64,000 nt of DNA from Eledone cirrhosa. Lineage: Eukaryota. Below, piece by piece: positions 26,222-39,148 of this stretch. Below the pieces are notes generated by a model. It saw only the letters and a program-made list of their open reading frames with translations. It ran no database searches and was not told where the DNA came from. Position numbers and translations under genes: made by a program. The DNA lies in contig OZ024763.1 in the NCBI GenBank assembly GCA_964016885.1, forward strand, positions 15,562,001 to 15,626,000. The letters are read 5' to 3'. Positions within the stretch are counted from its first letter, which is position 1. Each line of letters starts with the position of its first letter.

Positions 26222-26312
26222 TTTTTACTCCAATTATTTGTTGAGTGCTTTATATCAGTTATAAAAATATTTACTTGTTGTATCCCAACAATTTAAATAG
26301 AACTTTCACACA

Positions 26313-26396
<84 letters not shown>

Positions 26397-26399
26397 TAC

Positions 26400-26430
<31 letters not shown>

Positions 26431-26752
26431 CACATATATATATATGCACATATATATATATACATATATATATATATACATACATATATATATATATACA
26501 TATATATATTTCCAAATTGAAGGATGAGTGTTTCAAACTTTATTTTATCATGAGTTAAAGGTCTATAGATTTTTCCCTGGATTTTACTAAATTCTGTGGA
26601 TGAATTTATATCCTGATTCTCTTTTGAGATGAGTTTGAGTTATTTTTCCTAAATCTTTCGTTAAATTACTTTTACCATCTTGACGTTATAGTCGCATATA
26701 TGTTATAGAATGCCGTTAGCTTCTTGCTAAAACAATCTCTATACCTCTCATT

Positions 26753-26788
<36 letters not shown>

Positions 26789-27004
26789 CATACGTCAAGA
26801 CGGGCGGTCTCAAAAGTGAAACTAATTTTTGACAGTTACGATTATGAATTTGTTTGTTTTTTTACAACAGGTCTCAATAGTGAAAGTATAATGCAGACAC
26901 ACGCAATTGTATGGATTTCTTAATATATATATATATATATATGTGTGGGTGTGTATATATATATATATATACAGAGAGACAGAGAGGGGGGGGTATTAAT
27001 CGAA

Positions 27005-27042
<38 letters not shown>

Positions 27043-27129
27043 GGTGTGGGATGCTTAAAGCGTCCGTGTGGTAAGCCGTATGAGCACTCGATGTCCTCAT
27101 AGAGCAGAGTATGATATCTTTTTTCTGTG

Positions 27130-27163
<34 letters not shown>

Positions 27164-28182
27164 TGAGGCGAGAACGTTTAACTAATTCATCAGGTTGTTT
27201 TTCATTGAAAGAAGAGAAAGGAGGAAAATATAATTTTAGAGAATGAGAGAAAGAGTGTTACACATAGAGAGGGGGGGGGGTTAAGAAGATAGAACAGTGG
27301 AAGGTATATAAGAATGATTGACAGGAGGAAGAGGGATGTGTGTGAACAAGAGAGGGGGAGAGAGAAAGAAGTGGGAGGAGAAAAAAGGAGAGAGAAAGGG
27401 GGAATATGTGTGTGAGAGAGAGAGAGTGGGGGAAGGGAGGAGAATGGAAGAGAGAGGGAGGAATGTGTGTGTGTGTGTGTGAGAGAGAGAGACAGAGAGA
27501 GGGAGGAGAATGTAAGATTGAAAAAAAAAGGAGAAACAAAGACAGAGAGAGGGGGAGATAGGAAGAAGTAGAGGGTGGGGGGGATCTATGAGCGAAAGAG
27601 AAAGGGAAAAACAAAGGCAGAGAGAGAGGGGAAGATAGGAAGAAGTAGGAGAGATTAAAAAGAGAGCGAGTGGGGGGGGGGAGATGTATGAACGAAACAG
27701 AAAAGGAAAAACAAAGACAGAGTGAGAGGGAGATAGGAAGAAGTAGGAGGAGAGATAGAAAAGAGCGAGAGGGGGAGGAAAATGTGAAAGTGTGTGAAAG
27801 TGTGAAAAATCTGGTGATGGCCAACAAAAATTACATAGTTTACCTTAGGACAGGTAACCAGGTGGCTAGCCTCAGCTTTAGCTATATAGTGTGTGTATAT
27901 TAAATACAGGTTTCTGGGCCGCGATCGCTGCCGTTAATGGCTTTTTATTTTTGTGAAGTAGACAATAAACAAGTATGTGATAGTGAACTGGGTCACACAC
28001 AGTTACATACGGGTATATATACACACACATACGGGTATATATTCTTACACTGACAGGTACACACTTACATACGAGTATATACCCTTACAGGTACACACTC
28101 ATGTATGTATATATACATATACACACCTCTGCAGAAATAAACACGCCCATATACACATATACATACACACACCTGTACGCCG

Positions 28183-28231
<49 letters not shown>

Positions 28232-28291
28232 CTTAAGCACACATATACATTACACACACACCTGTACACCGATACACACACATATATATAC

Positions 28292-28324
<33 letters not shown>

Positions 28325-28682
28325 AATATACATACATAAACACTTGCGCACACATATATACGCAAATAGATATCAATATAAACAGGTATACACGCACATT
28401 GGTACGTATACAGCCATATTCGTTTACGTATACACATATACACTCATGTACACACATTTACACCCATCTACACTCATATACACACATATACACACGTATA
28501 CACACATATATGCACGTATACACACGGTTTACGTAGCTACTAGGAAATCTCCAGTTAAAAACTACACACGAGAGATAAGTTATTTTTTTTTAGAGAAAGA
28601 AAATGTTGTGTATTGGTCTGTTTTTTAATGAAGTTCTCGGCAGTATAACGTAAGCTGTGATATATATATACACCAACTGTTG

Positions 28683-28715
<33 letters not shown>

Positions 28716-29243
28716 CTGTATATATACACTTGTGGCAGGTATTTATTGAACTTTCACGGCACATTCTCAAACCGCTTCGTTTACTTTTGTTGCTGTCTTC
28801 TGTGATGTTAGTGACCCAGGAACTATAATGTACAATAATATAGTGTTTATTGCAAACGTGGGAAAAGTTGTTTACAAACACCAAATATTACCTCCACATC
28901 CGGGATTACCTTAATTAATTAATCTCACTATTGTCTTAATTAGTAATCGATATATGGTAATTGTTAATGACGGAAAATCATTTTAATCGATTTAATAATA
29001 TCTTTGGAGAGGTTTAGTTGAATTTAAAGAAATTCACTTCCACCTCCGAGATTACGTTGTTTAATTAATTTTGATTGTTTTCTTAATTAGTAATCGATAT
29101 ATGATAATTTTTTAAGGGCATAAACATATTTGGATCGATTTAACGACAATGTCTTTGGACAGATTCAGTTGAATGAATAAAATTCACTTCAATTGATTAG
29201 TAATCGATACATGACAAAAAATACTTTGGATTGATTTTACAAA

Positions 29244-29681
29244 ATGGCTTTGGAGAGATCCAGTCCGTCTCCTCAACTTGACGGTGATAATCCGGAAGAA
29301 AGACCGAGTTTTAAATATAGCTTTGCCTACGAGAGGGCAACCCTGTATGAATACAAGTTCGAACGTCAGGCAGAACCAGATGATATCGATCCGTGCCTCA
29401 GATGTAATAAAACCGTGCCGCGGACCGATGAAATGGTCAGCATTGGACCCGATATACAGTTCCACAAACAGTGTTTCCGATGCCGGATCTGCGGCATGCC
29501 CCTCACCCAACAGACTTTCTACCGGAACGACCGGGTCAACGGTAATATGGATAAGGAAGTTTACTGTAAGGCCCACGTCGGTAAAACCCCTGGAGAGATC
29601 GAAGGGGCCACAATAACACACACAACCGTCCCAATTGGAGAAGGAAATAAGGAATCACCAAATTCTAAATATATTATTCAA
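29244..29681 (+). CDS. First/early coding exon of a LIM-domain protein, hillarin-like
   Basis: aaaATGG start, 146 codons, then |gtaagt (phase 0). LIM pattern C-x2-C-x19-H-x2-C-x2-C-x2-C-x24-C-x2-H (CLRC..HKQCFRCRIC..DKEVYCKAH). The long second loop and DKEVYC resemble the hillarin N-terminal LIM. No downstream exon identified in the window. Confidence 0.8.
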
Positions 29682-29705
29682 GTAAGTTTGTTGTTTTGTT
29701 TTACA

Positions 29706-30285
29706 TTAACCCTTTTCATACCACACCTTAAACCATTACGTGATTCTATGGTACAAAACTTTATTTAAAACCTTAGTTCTATGGTACAAAATTGTTTATA
29801 TTTATCTAAAAACCTTCCATCATAATTTTATGAGAAACTTTCGATAATGTTTCAAATACCAACTTAGTAATCCCTTCAAATTCTTGAAATATAGTAAAGA
29901 AAGGGTTAAAGTGTTTATATTTATCTAAATATCTTCCATTCTAATTTCAGGTAATAACCCTTATTAAGTTGTTCCACACGACAGCTTAATAATGAGAAAG
30001 TTATTTGCATTACTAAATCCTTAAAAATTCTTGATTATTTTCAAAATAATTTGAAGACCATAGACTTTCTTTCGTTAGAAATGTGGTAATGAAAGGGTTA
30101 ACGTGTTTATATTTATTTTAAAATACTTTCCATCGTAATTTTATGTAATAAAAATGTTAAGTTATGCTCCTAACACCAACTTAATATTAAGAAAGTTACT
30201 AAATCCCTCCAAATTCTTGATTATTTTCAAAATGATTTGAAAATCACAGACAGTGTCTTTTATTAGAAATACGGTAATAAAAGGT
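29706..30285. mobile_element. piggyBac-type MITE (second family) with tandemly repeated right half
   Basis: TTAACCCTTT ... AAAGGGTTAA at 29706-29909; the right-hand ~190 bp recurs twice more. Confidence 0.55.
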
Positions 30286-30379
30286 AGACCTGCCAATCTC
30301 TAAAAACCTAAACTGGGAGTAATATGAAAAAAAGTGCCCCAAAACAGGGAGAAATGAAGCAAAATGGGGAGATTTTACA

Positions 30380-31004
30380 CAATGGTTTCTTTATTGGCCA
30401 CAAGGGCTAACATGAAGAAAAACATTACAGACGGCACAGGACGATACAAAGTGGGTTTTGGCTGTGTAAAAAGGTTATAGCTAGACAGAAATAAAAAAAA
30501 TTCAAACAACAAAAATTCCCCAAAAAGGGGGAAATCTCCGAGGGTCACTCGTGGCGAAAACCACACAAAAGATCACAGCCACCCTAAACACCAGGGCAAG
30601 CACCCTCTCTCAGTTTCCCACTCCTCAGTCTACAGGCACATACTCAGAGCGGACCCGTTCACTCGGACCAGACTCGCCACTTTCACCCACCTTTCAACAA
30701 ACTTACTAGAAGACAGCACTTGCCTCTCCACCCTGATTTTCCTCTTCAAGTGAAACTTGAAAAAGTTAATCAGGGATTGGCCGGAGAGGAAAGTGTCCGT
30801 CTTCAACCCTTTCAACCTTGTCCACCATACAATCTCTTTCACCATTGCCACCAGGCAGATGAAAACTGCCTGCCCTTCCTCCTCTTTAAAGGAGGATGGC
30901 TGGGCTATCTGCACAATTGACTCGGTCGATAACCGGATCCGTCCTACACGCGACAGCAACTGTTCAACATAGCTCCACAAGTCAGCAATGCTCGGACACT
31001 GAAC
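30380..31004 (-). mobile_element. Tx1/L1-clade LINE 3' fragment with candidate TSD
   Basis: QCPSIADLWSYVEQLL...KEIVWWTR...FVERW resembles the ORF2 C-terminus after the CCHC knuckle; AATAAA near the 3' end; GATTTTACA at 30371-30379 and 31005-31013. Confidence 0.7.
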
Positions 31005-31198
31005 GATTTTACATAATGAAAGCTATACCCATTTTCACAAGAGAAGACATCTCTCACCCACCCTAAAGTGGGTGGGAGAGTTGACAAGTCTGAAAAGGGT
31101 TAAGTATGTTTTTTTTTTAGAAATTCCCATACCTTGACACTTCACCATATATATATATCCTATGTGTAACCTCTTTAGGTAAACCTTAAGTTTTTATC

Positions 31199-32052
31199 TA
31201 TAATAATAATAATGAAATTATTGTGTAAAGTGCTCAGGTGCACTACAACTCGTCAAAGGTGCATGTATAGTACATAGAATAATACAGAAATGTCAGAGAA
31301 GTGAATACTGTATGAGTCATGATATACATGTGTGTATGTGTATGGAGGGGGAACATTAGGTGTAGTGTTGGCGAATCTCGAGAAGCATGGAAGTTTTAAA
31401 GGATGCAGTGTCTCGACAGCTAACAACTGATGCAGGTAGTTTGTTCCATGGGGGTTTTAAAGGATGCAGCGTCTCGACAGCTAACAACTGATGCAGGTAG
31501 TTTGTTCCATGCTTCAGCAACTCTGAGCGTGAAAAAATGTTTCCAAAAGTCATGGGAGCTGTGCTGTTTTCTGACTTTGTGGGCATGCCCACGTGTGTTA
31601 GACACATGGAAATCAAAAAAGTACTCAGGGTTGTTGTTGGCAAGATGGTTAATAATTTTGTGGGTGTTTACCAAGTCAGTTGCCAGGCGTCGGAGCTTCA
31701 ATGTATCCATGCCCAGGGAAGCAAGGCGTTCAGAGTGTGGTAAATGCCTGATGGAGGGTATTCGCTTGGTTGCATGTCTCTGAACAGTTTCCAGGCAGTC
31801 AATGTTCTGAGCAAGATAAGGGTTCCAGACTGGTGATGCAAATTTTAAATGTGGTTGCACCATAGCCATGTACAGCCTTAAATAGATAGCTGGAGAGCGG
31901 CTGACAAAGGTCTTGCTGAGTGATGCTAAGACACCCTCGGCCCTCTTGACAATTTTAGAGACGTGCTTCGTCCAACGCAAATCGCTGCTGACCATAATGC
32001 CCAGGTCACGTTCACAAGAAGACTTCTTGATATTAGTGCTGTTTACAAACAA
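31199..32052 (-). mobile_element. CR1/L2-clade LINE 3' fragment
   Basis: ERDLGIMVSSDLRW..LETVQRHATKRI..ERLASLG..LRR..TRGH..FFTLRVAEAWNKLP; (ATT)n tail; ~59-bp duplication at 31393-31510. Confidence 0.9.
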
Positions 32053-32119
32053 GACTGTAAAACCAGGCCACCAAATACTTCAAATTAGATAAAATTCTTT
32101 CAACTTTTATCAATTTTGC

Positions 32120-32375
32120 TAACATTCTTTTACTGGTTTCAGTCAATAGACTGTGGCCATGCTGGGGCTCCACATTCTTTTAGTTTTACTGTTTTCAGTC
32201 ACTGGACTGTGGCCATGCTGACACACCACATTCTTTTAGTTTTACTGACTTCAGTCATTGGACTGTGGCCATACTGGAACATCACATTCTGTTACTATTT
32301 TACTGGTTTCAGTCATTAGACTGTGGCCATGCTGGGGCACCACATTCTTTTACTGGTTCCAGTCATTAGATTGAC
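32120..32375. repeat. ~55-bp tandem repeat x5 (TTTCAGTCATTAGACTGTGGCCATGCTGG)
   Basis: Direct inspection; probably SINE-derived. Confidence 0.75.
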
Positions 32376-32569
32376 AAACAGTAAACATAAGCACAGATAC
32401 AACATCATCATCATCATCATCACTCTTTAATGTCCATTTTCCACGCTTGCAAGGGTTAGATGGCTTGTTGCGTTTGGAGACAAGTCAGGTGTGGTGATCT
32501 TGTCTAGCTCATATGATTCTGTACTTTGGCTTGGTTTCTATGGCTGGACGCCCTTCTCAACATCACCCA

Positions 32570-33830
32570 TTTCACAGTGTGGACTGGGTGGTTTTCATTG
32601 TGGCACCAGAACAACCACCTTACAGGGTGGACTGGGTGGTTTTCATTGTGGCACCAGAACAACCACCTTACAGGGTGGACTGGGTGGTTTTCATTGTGGC
32701 ACCAGAACAACCACCTTACAGTGTGGACTGGGTGGTTTTCATTGTGGCACCAGAACAACCACCTTACAGGGTGGACTGGGTGGTTTTCATTGTGGCACCA
32801 GAACAACCACCTTACAGGGTGGACTGGGTGGTTTTCATTGTGGCACCAGAACAACCACCTTACAGGGTGGACTGGGTGGTTTTCATTGTGGCACCAGAAC
32901 AACCACCTTACAGGGTGGACTGGGTGGTTCTCATTGTGGCACCAGAACAACCACCTTACAGGGTGGACTGGGTGGTTTTCATTGTGGCACCAGAACAACC
33001 ACCTTACAGGGTGGACTGGGTGGTTTTCATTGTGGCACCAGAACAACCACCTTACAGGGTGGACTGGGTGGTTTTCATTGTGGCACCAGAACAACCACCT
33101 TACAGGGTGGACTGGGTGGTTTTCATTGTGGCACCAGAACAACCACCTTACAGGGTGGACTGGGTGGTTCTCATTGTGGCACCAGAACAACCACCTTACA
33201 GGGTGGACTGGGTGGTTTTCATTGTGGCACCAGAACAACCACCTTACAGGGTGGACTGGGTGGTTTTCATTGTGGCACCAGAACAACCACCTTACAGGGT
33301 GGACTGGGTGGTTCTCATTGTGGCACCAGAACAACCACCTTACAGGGTGGACTGGGTGGTTTTCATTGTGGCACCAAAACGACCACCTTACAGGGTGGAC
33401 TGGGTGGTTCTCATTGTGGCACCAGAACAACCACCTTACAGGGTGGACTGGGTGCTTTTTATTGTGGCACCAAAACGACCACTTCACAGGGTGGACTGGG
33501 TGCTTTTTATTGTGGCACCAAAACGACCACTTCACAGGGTGGACTGGGTGCTTTTTATTGTGGCACCAAAACGACCACTTTACAGGGTGGACTGGGTGCT
33601 TTTTATTGTGGCACCAAAACGATTTCCTTACAGGGTGGACTGGGTGCTGTTTGTTGGGTCACAAGCACAACCACCTTACAGGGTGGACTGAGCACTTTTT
33701 ATCATGTCATCAGGTGGACTGTGTGTTTTTTGTCATGTCACCAGCATGATGACTTTTCAGGTTGAACTGGGTGCTTTTTTTTGTTGTGTCACCAGCACAA
33801 CCACCTTAGGGACTGGACTAGGCACCTTTT
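32570..33830. repeat. 48-bp minisatellite, about 25 copies, inside a SINE/RTE-tail element
   Basis: (TACAGGGTGGACTGGGTGGTTTTCATTGTGGCACCAGAACAACCACCT)n preceded by the catcat tail at 32403. Confidence 0.93.
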
Positions 33831-33842
33831 GACATGCATATG

Positions 33843-33881
<39 letters not shown>

Positions 33882-33885
<4 letters not shown>

Positions 33886-34221
33886 AGGCACATGACTTAT
33901 TGGTTAGAGCATTGGCCTTGCAATCGAAAGGTTGTGAGTTCAATTCTCAGACCGGGTGATGTGTTGTTTCCTTGAGCAAGACACTTTATTTCACATTGCT
34001 CCAGTTTACTCAGCTGTAGAAATGAGATGATAGGGACTGGGGTCCCTATCATTCCACTGAAAATTGGTCATGTAGACGCCACGGCAAAAAAGCACCCAGC
34101 CCACACTGTAAATGTGGTTGGTGTTAGGAAGGGCATCCAGCTGTAGAAATGAAGCCAGAATCAGTTCCCGTCCCACCCTTGCAAGCAGGGAAAAGCAGAC
34201 GTAAAATGATGATGATGATGA
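33882..34221 (+). mobile_element. SINE-A full copy
   Basis: Matches the 14880 copy. Confidence 0.9.
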
Positions 34222-34429
34222 TATATCTGTAATATATATAAATGTGTTTGTTTATTAAAATCATTATTTCAGAACTGAGATAGTAACTTAACCCTTCGGT
34301 GATTGTATTTTTTAGAAAACAAGCTTTATTTCTATCAATTAATGAATAATTTGGAGGGATTTATTAAGATTATTAATTATTTTATCACTAAGATAGTAAC
34401 TCAACATACGTATGCATGGTCCCATAACC

Positions 34430-34668
34430 CCTCGGGGAGTCGTAGGGACACCGTATTTCCTCTCCAAGTCTGAATACAGAAGATTTCTTCCAAAGAAGGA
34501 GAGAGAGGATGTGAGAAAGAGATACAGAGGAAGAATCAACTCCAGTACTAGACTGGTACTTTTTTTTTTATTGACCTCGGTGGGATTTGAACTCAGAGAG
34601 CAGAGTGCCAAAACTAATACTGCAAGGCATTCTATCTGATGCTCTAATGACTCTGCCAATTCAATGCC
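34430..34668 (-). mobile_element. SINE-B-headed variant family with a different 3' part
   Basis: Shared with 39330-39585, 40830-41040 and 43155-43350 (+). Confidence 0.6.
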
Positions 34669-34789
34669 AAACGTAACATATATAGGCACCATTTAAAATC
34701 AGGGGTTTTGTTTCATCGAAGCAGAGCTGGTTTTGGCTGGGTGAACATAATAACAGCATGAAAGACCCTTGTTTGAATTATATTTTTCT

Positions 34790-35030
34790 TAGACAGAGAG
34801 TGACCTGGTGGTGGAACAGCAGAGTAGATAGGGCCATTAGAGACAAAAGACTAGCATGGAAGGCTTGGAAAAAGGGTGGGAGTAGGGAAGGATATACAGC
34901 CGCTAAGAGAGAAGCTAAACGTCAGGTGTACTTAGCACGCAGGGAGGCTGAGAGTAGGAGGTTTGCCAATGTTCTGCGACGGGAAGATCAGAGGCGTGCG
35001 GTGTTCCACATTTCAAGGCAGTGCGTCAGT
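34790..35030 (+). mobile_element. RTE LINE internal fragment (EN-RT linker)
   Basis: RVTWWWNSRVDRAI..KRLAWKAWK...AKRQVY, homologous to the 54064-55080 ORF. Confidence 0.8.
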
Positions 35031-35241
35031 GTAAATCAATAAAGCTACTAACATGTAAGCGGATACCGAGAAGGAAGCGCCAACACTACACCTGATATCT
35101 CCCCCCCCCCTCTCCATTCACACACACATGTATATCATGACTCATACACTGTTCATTTTTCTGACATTTGTACATTATTCTATGTACTATACATGCAACT
35201 TTGATGAGTTGTAGTGCACCTGAGCACTGTACACAATAATT

Positions 35242-35272
<31 letters not shown>

Positions 35273-35574
35273 AAAACAGAGAGAACATAATTCGAGGAGA
35301 GAGAAGATGACGATTGTTGTTGTTTTGAAATATATATATGTATATATATCAAGCGTTAACCTAATATATCCCTTCCATATACCGTACCGATCGTGTTGTT
35401 ATTTCTGTTTACCTTTTACATATATATATATATATATATACACATATATATAATGTGGGTAATATTAAATATTATCCAATTACAAGTATGAGAATAGCTC
35501 AATGTAAAATAACAAGTATAATACAGAGCCGAAATACTTTATAAATAACAATCAAAGAGTGTTTAGAACATTTA

Positions 35575-35625
35575 ATCACTTACAATTGTTTCATCCTAGC
35601 ACAAGAGCGGAATCATCAGAGTATA
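35575..35625 (-). ncRNA. Minimal hammerhead ribozyme motif
   Basis: - strand act-CTGATGA-ttccgctcttgtgctaggat-GAAAC-aatt-GTA-agt, with self-complementary ACAATTGT stem III. Confidence 0.65.
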
Positions 35626-36122
35626 TTATAAAGGTTGAAACACAAATATAATATCAAAAGTTTGTCATAAGAACATTAGGAGGATACATAATATGGGAAG
35701 TAAGCATAAGTATCAATATTTATATAAGAAAAGATAACCACATTAATTACTCAACATTAAATCCTTTGAATGGTTTGATTAATAATAATGATTTCTACTT
35801 TCGGTACAAGGCCAGCAATTATCCCAGTTCATTCAGTAATGAACTGGGATAATACTTTATTTTATTGACCTCGTAAGCTTGAAAGGCAAAGTTAACCTCG
35901 GCGGGATTTGAACTCAGACAATAAAGGGACGTAACTCGATGCTTCCAAGCATGGCGCCCGACCCCCTACTGATACTGCCAATCCACCAATAACACTTTAA
36001 CCTATATTTGATCTTTATTTTGCTGAGTATACTCATTCAGCATTATTACCTTTGAATGGGTTGGAAATTAATAGTTTATCTTTATGACTGAATGACACTG
36101 TCAAACTTTTTATATCCATCCA

Positions 36123-36475
36123 TTCATCATCATCATCATCATTTTATGTCCGCTTTTCCCTGCTTGCAAGGGTGGGACGGGTCTTATTCAGCACAGCATC
36201 TCTCCACTCGTCACGGTCCCTCGTCATCTCCACCGTGAGCTTCAATGATCTGAGGTCTGTTCTCACCAGCTCCGCCCATGTTTTTCGTGGTCTACCTCTA
36301 CCACGTCTTCCTTCAACTGGCAATTCCTGGCACTTCTTCACCCATCGGTCATCCTCCATGCGCATCACATGTCCATACCACTCCAGTCTCCTCTTCCGTA
36401 CACTACATTCTATCCCTCTCAGACACAGTTTCTCTCTCAACACATTCATGCTGGGTCGTTCACGCACATTTACAC
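36123..36475 (-). mobile_element. RTE family A 3' end
   Basis: RRLEWYGHVMRM...GRPRKTW...[13 protein letters not shown]-stop directly followed by (ATG)n. Confidence 0.9.
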
Positions 36476-37494
36476 ATCCATTATTAAAAATATATTCTGG
36501 AGATAAATTTTTATATTTTTAAATTTATATTTGAACTGCACACCTGCTTTTATTAACTATTATAAACTTTTGTAATACTTATGATATATGTTTATTTATT
36601 AATTATGATATATGTCTTGCACTACACTTAACCTTTCTATAACAGCATGGTTTTAACATTTTTACTGCTTTCAGCTGCTTCTAATTTTATTGCATTTATA
36701 TGCAATTATATGGTGAAAGCAATGATTCTTTCCTTAAACTTAAATCTGTTCTTATGATAAATAAATAAATATATATATATATATATATTTACTCACCCCA
36801 AGCAAGGCAATAAAGCCACTAAAATGCCAGAGGTTATTGACATGGGAGAAGAACAAGACAGAGAACATAATTCAAAGAGAGTGAAGTTTTTTTGTTGCTT
36901 TAGGATTTTTATAAATTATAGTGGTTAGAATAGCAAGAAGTTGGAAGAGGATTCCATAGGTGAGGGTGAGGTGTGTGAAGGAAGAAACTATCAAAATATA
37001 ATTTGTGATTACATAATGAGGAACACTGAAATGGACCCTTTAAATCTTATGTTAAATAAATGTCTAAAGTCTGTCTTAAGCCCAAAAGACTCATCAGGTT
37101 AGTTGCTTATCCCAGTTTTCATGATGTTAAGCAACTGAGAGTACAAAACTCCCCCTGCACAGGACGCTAGTCCACCATAGGGTTAAACTCCCAGCTATTG
37201 TTGGTACATATTTTTTTCAGCTGAGTATACTGGAGCAACGTAAAATATAGTGTTTTGCTCAAGAACACAACACACAACCCAGTTCAATAATCAAACCCAT
37301 GGCATTATAATCGTAAGTCCAACACCTTTACCACTAGGCCACACACCTCTTTATGTTAATCAACTGCTGGTTAATTATTCCTCCACCTTCTCGACTCTCA
37401 CGCGGCAGGCAGCTATGATCAACCTGACATTCCTCTAAAATTGACTGAACTCTGACCCTATTTATTTGGGTCATCCTATCAAGTCAAACCTGTG

Positions 37495-37810
37495 AAGGTA
37501 TGTGGGCTGAGTGGTTAGGATGTTCAGTTGATGATCAGAAAGCTGTGAGTTCAATTCCCTGGCAAAGAATTGTGTCCTTGAGCAAGGCACTTTATTTCAC
37601 ATTGCTCCAGTCCACTCAGCTGGCAAATATTTAATTGTATCTGTAATTTAGAGGGGCCAGCCTCGTCACTCATTTTGGAATGCTCAGCCACTTACAAGAG
37701 GGATTATACCTGCCATTCAAAGGGCCAGCCTTGTCGCTGTCATGCTGAATCTCCCTGAGAACTATGTTAAGGTTATGTGTATCTGTGGGATGTTCAGCTA
37801 CTTACACGTA
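37495..37810 (+). mobile_element. tRNA/CORE-type SINE (older family)
   Basis: GGCTGAGTGG A box, GTTCAATTCC B box, TGTCCTTGAGCAAGGCACTT; an opposite-strand SINE lies at 37050-37345. Confidence 0.65.
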
Positions 37811-38047
37811 GTGAGTGTAAAAGAATGTAAGAAAGGCGTAAAAGGACAGGAGATAGAGTTACTTTGGAAGCGATTTATTAGCCCCCATATTTCGGATTTC
37901 ACATCCATTGACAGGAGGGGGGGGGGGGGGGATCCGAGGGGAAAGAGTTGCATCAGGGAAAGGACAACGCGTGGCCTTCGTTGTTTACCGTGTGTGCACG
38001 CGGTAATGGTGTGGTCAACTAAAGTTGAATATTGTAGCATGTATATA

Positions 38048-38091
<44 letters not shown>

Positions 38092-38699
38092 TATACATAT
38101 ATATGCACACACACCCCAATAAGATATACAGGAGTGTAGGATTAAAGAATAATAATTTCAACTCCACCACATCCACTGCTGATCTTTCTTTCACCTTCTC
38201 TCTCTCGCACCATGCATTTTCAAGGCGAGACAGATGTTTTATGCCACAGATACACAAGCTTTAATTTAATAGGTAATATTTTCGTATGTTTAGAAACCTG
38301 ACAGAGGGTCAGAAATCAAGTGGAAATTATCTCCGAAAATAACTGATTTCCTTGCCTTTGCTCAGTTCACAGGAAGTATTTAGCTATTATTTACAGAGAA
38401 CCAATGCACTAAGTATTGGCTTTATTTGACCCCAGTTTAACAACCGGTGTGTTACTTACACTAGCTAGAAACCCTTAATTAGCTAGCTACTTGTTAAGTA
38501 ATGTAGCTGTGATATTTAAACTGTGTACATCAACTATTTTTTTTTCCAAGACTCATCTTACTAATACACACCTCTAAAGTAGCTGGGATATTTTAACTGT
38601 TTATAATCTATGTATAATCACTAGTTTGTACAGACTATTATTTTCACAGTTTCATCTCACTAACTAATCCAACTAATACTTGTGAAGTAGCTGAGATAT

Positions 38700-39148
38700 T
38701 TAATCCTTTAGTTACCAACCTGGCCAAAACCTATTCTGGTTCTATGAAATAAAACCACCCATTTTAAAGGTTTGGTATTGAATCCTTTAGTATTTGCATT
38801 ACTCTATATTTACTATTGTATTTTCGCAATAAAGGCTTTATCTCACATAATATCGAATTTATGAGATTTTGATATTATTTATTTTGAGAACAATACCTTA
38901 ACATCAGTATGAGTGGCCAGCTATGGAGGGTTTGAACAGAAAGAGGTGAGAGAATTCTAGATGGATACAACCGGTTTAAATGCTAAAGAGTTAAATTAAA
39001 ATCTTCCAACATAATTTTATATAAGAACCTTAAATTACTATCCTACTAATGAAATAATTAATAATTTTAGTAAATCTCTAAAAAATTCTTCATTGATTAA
39101 TTAAAATAGGGTGTATTTTATTAGAAATGAAGTCATGAAAGAGTTAAA
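38700..39148. mobile_element. Nested piggyBac-type MITEs
   Basis: Inner 38778-38995 is the 6787 element reversed; the outer ends resemble the 29706 family. Confidence 0.55.

Noticed and set aside
32491-33765. Gly/Cys-rich repetitive 424-aa ORF or CRISPR-like array
   Set aside because: A 48-bp SINE-derived tandem repeat with no unique spacers and no cas genes, in a eukaryotic context.
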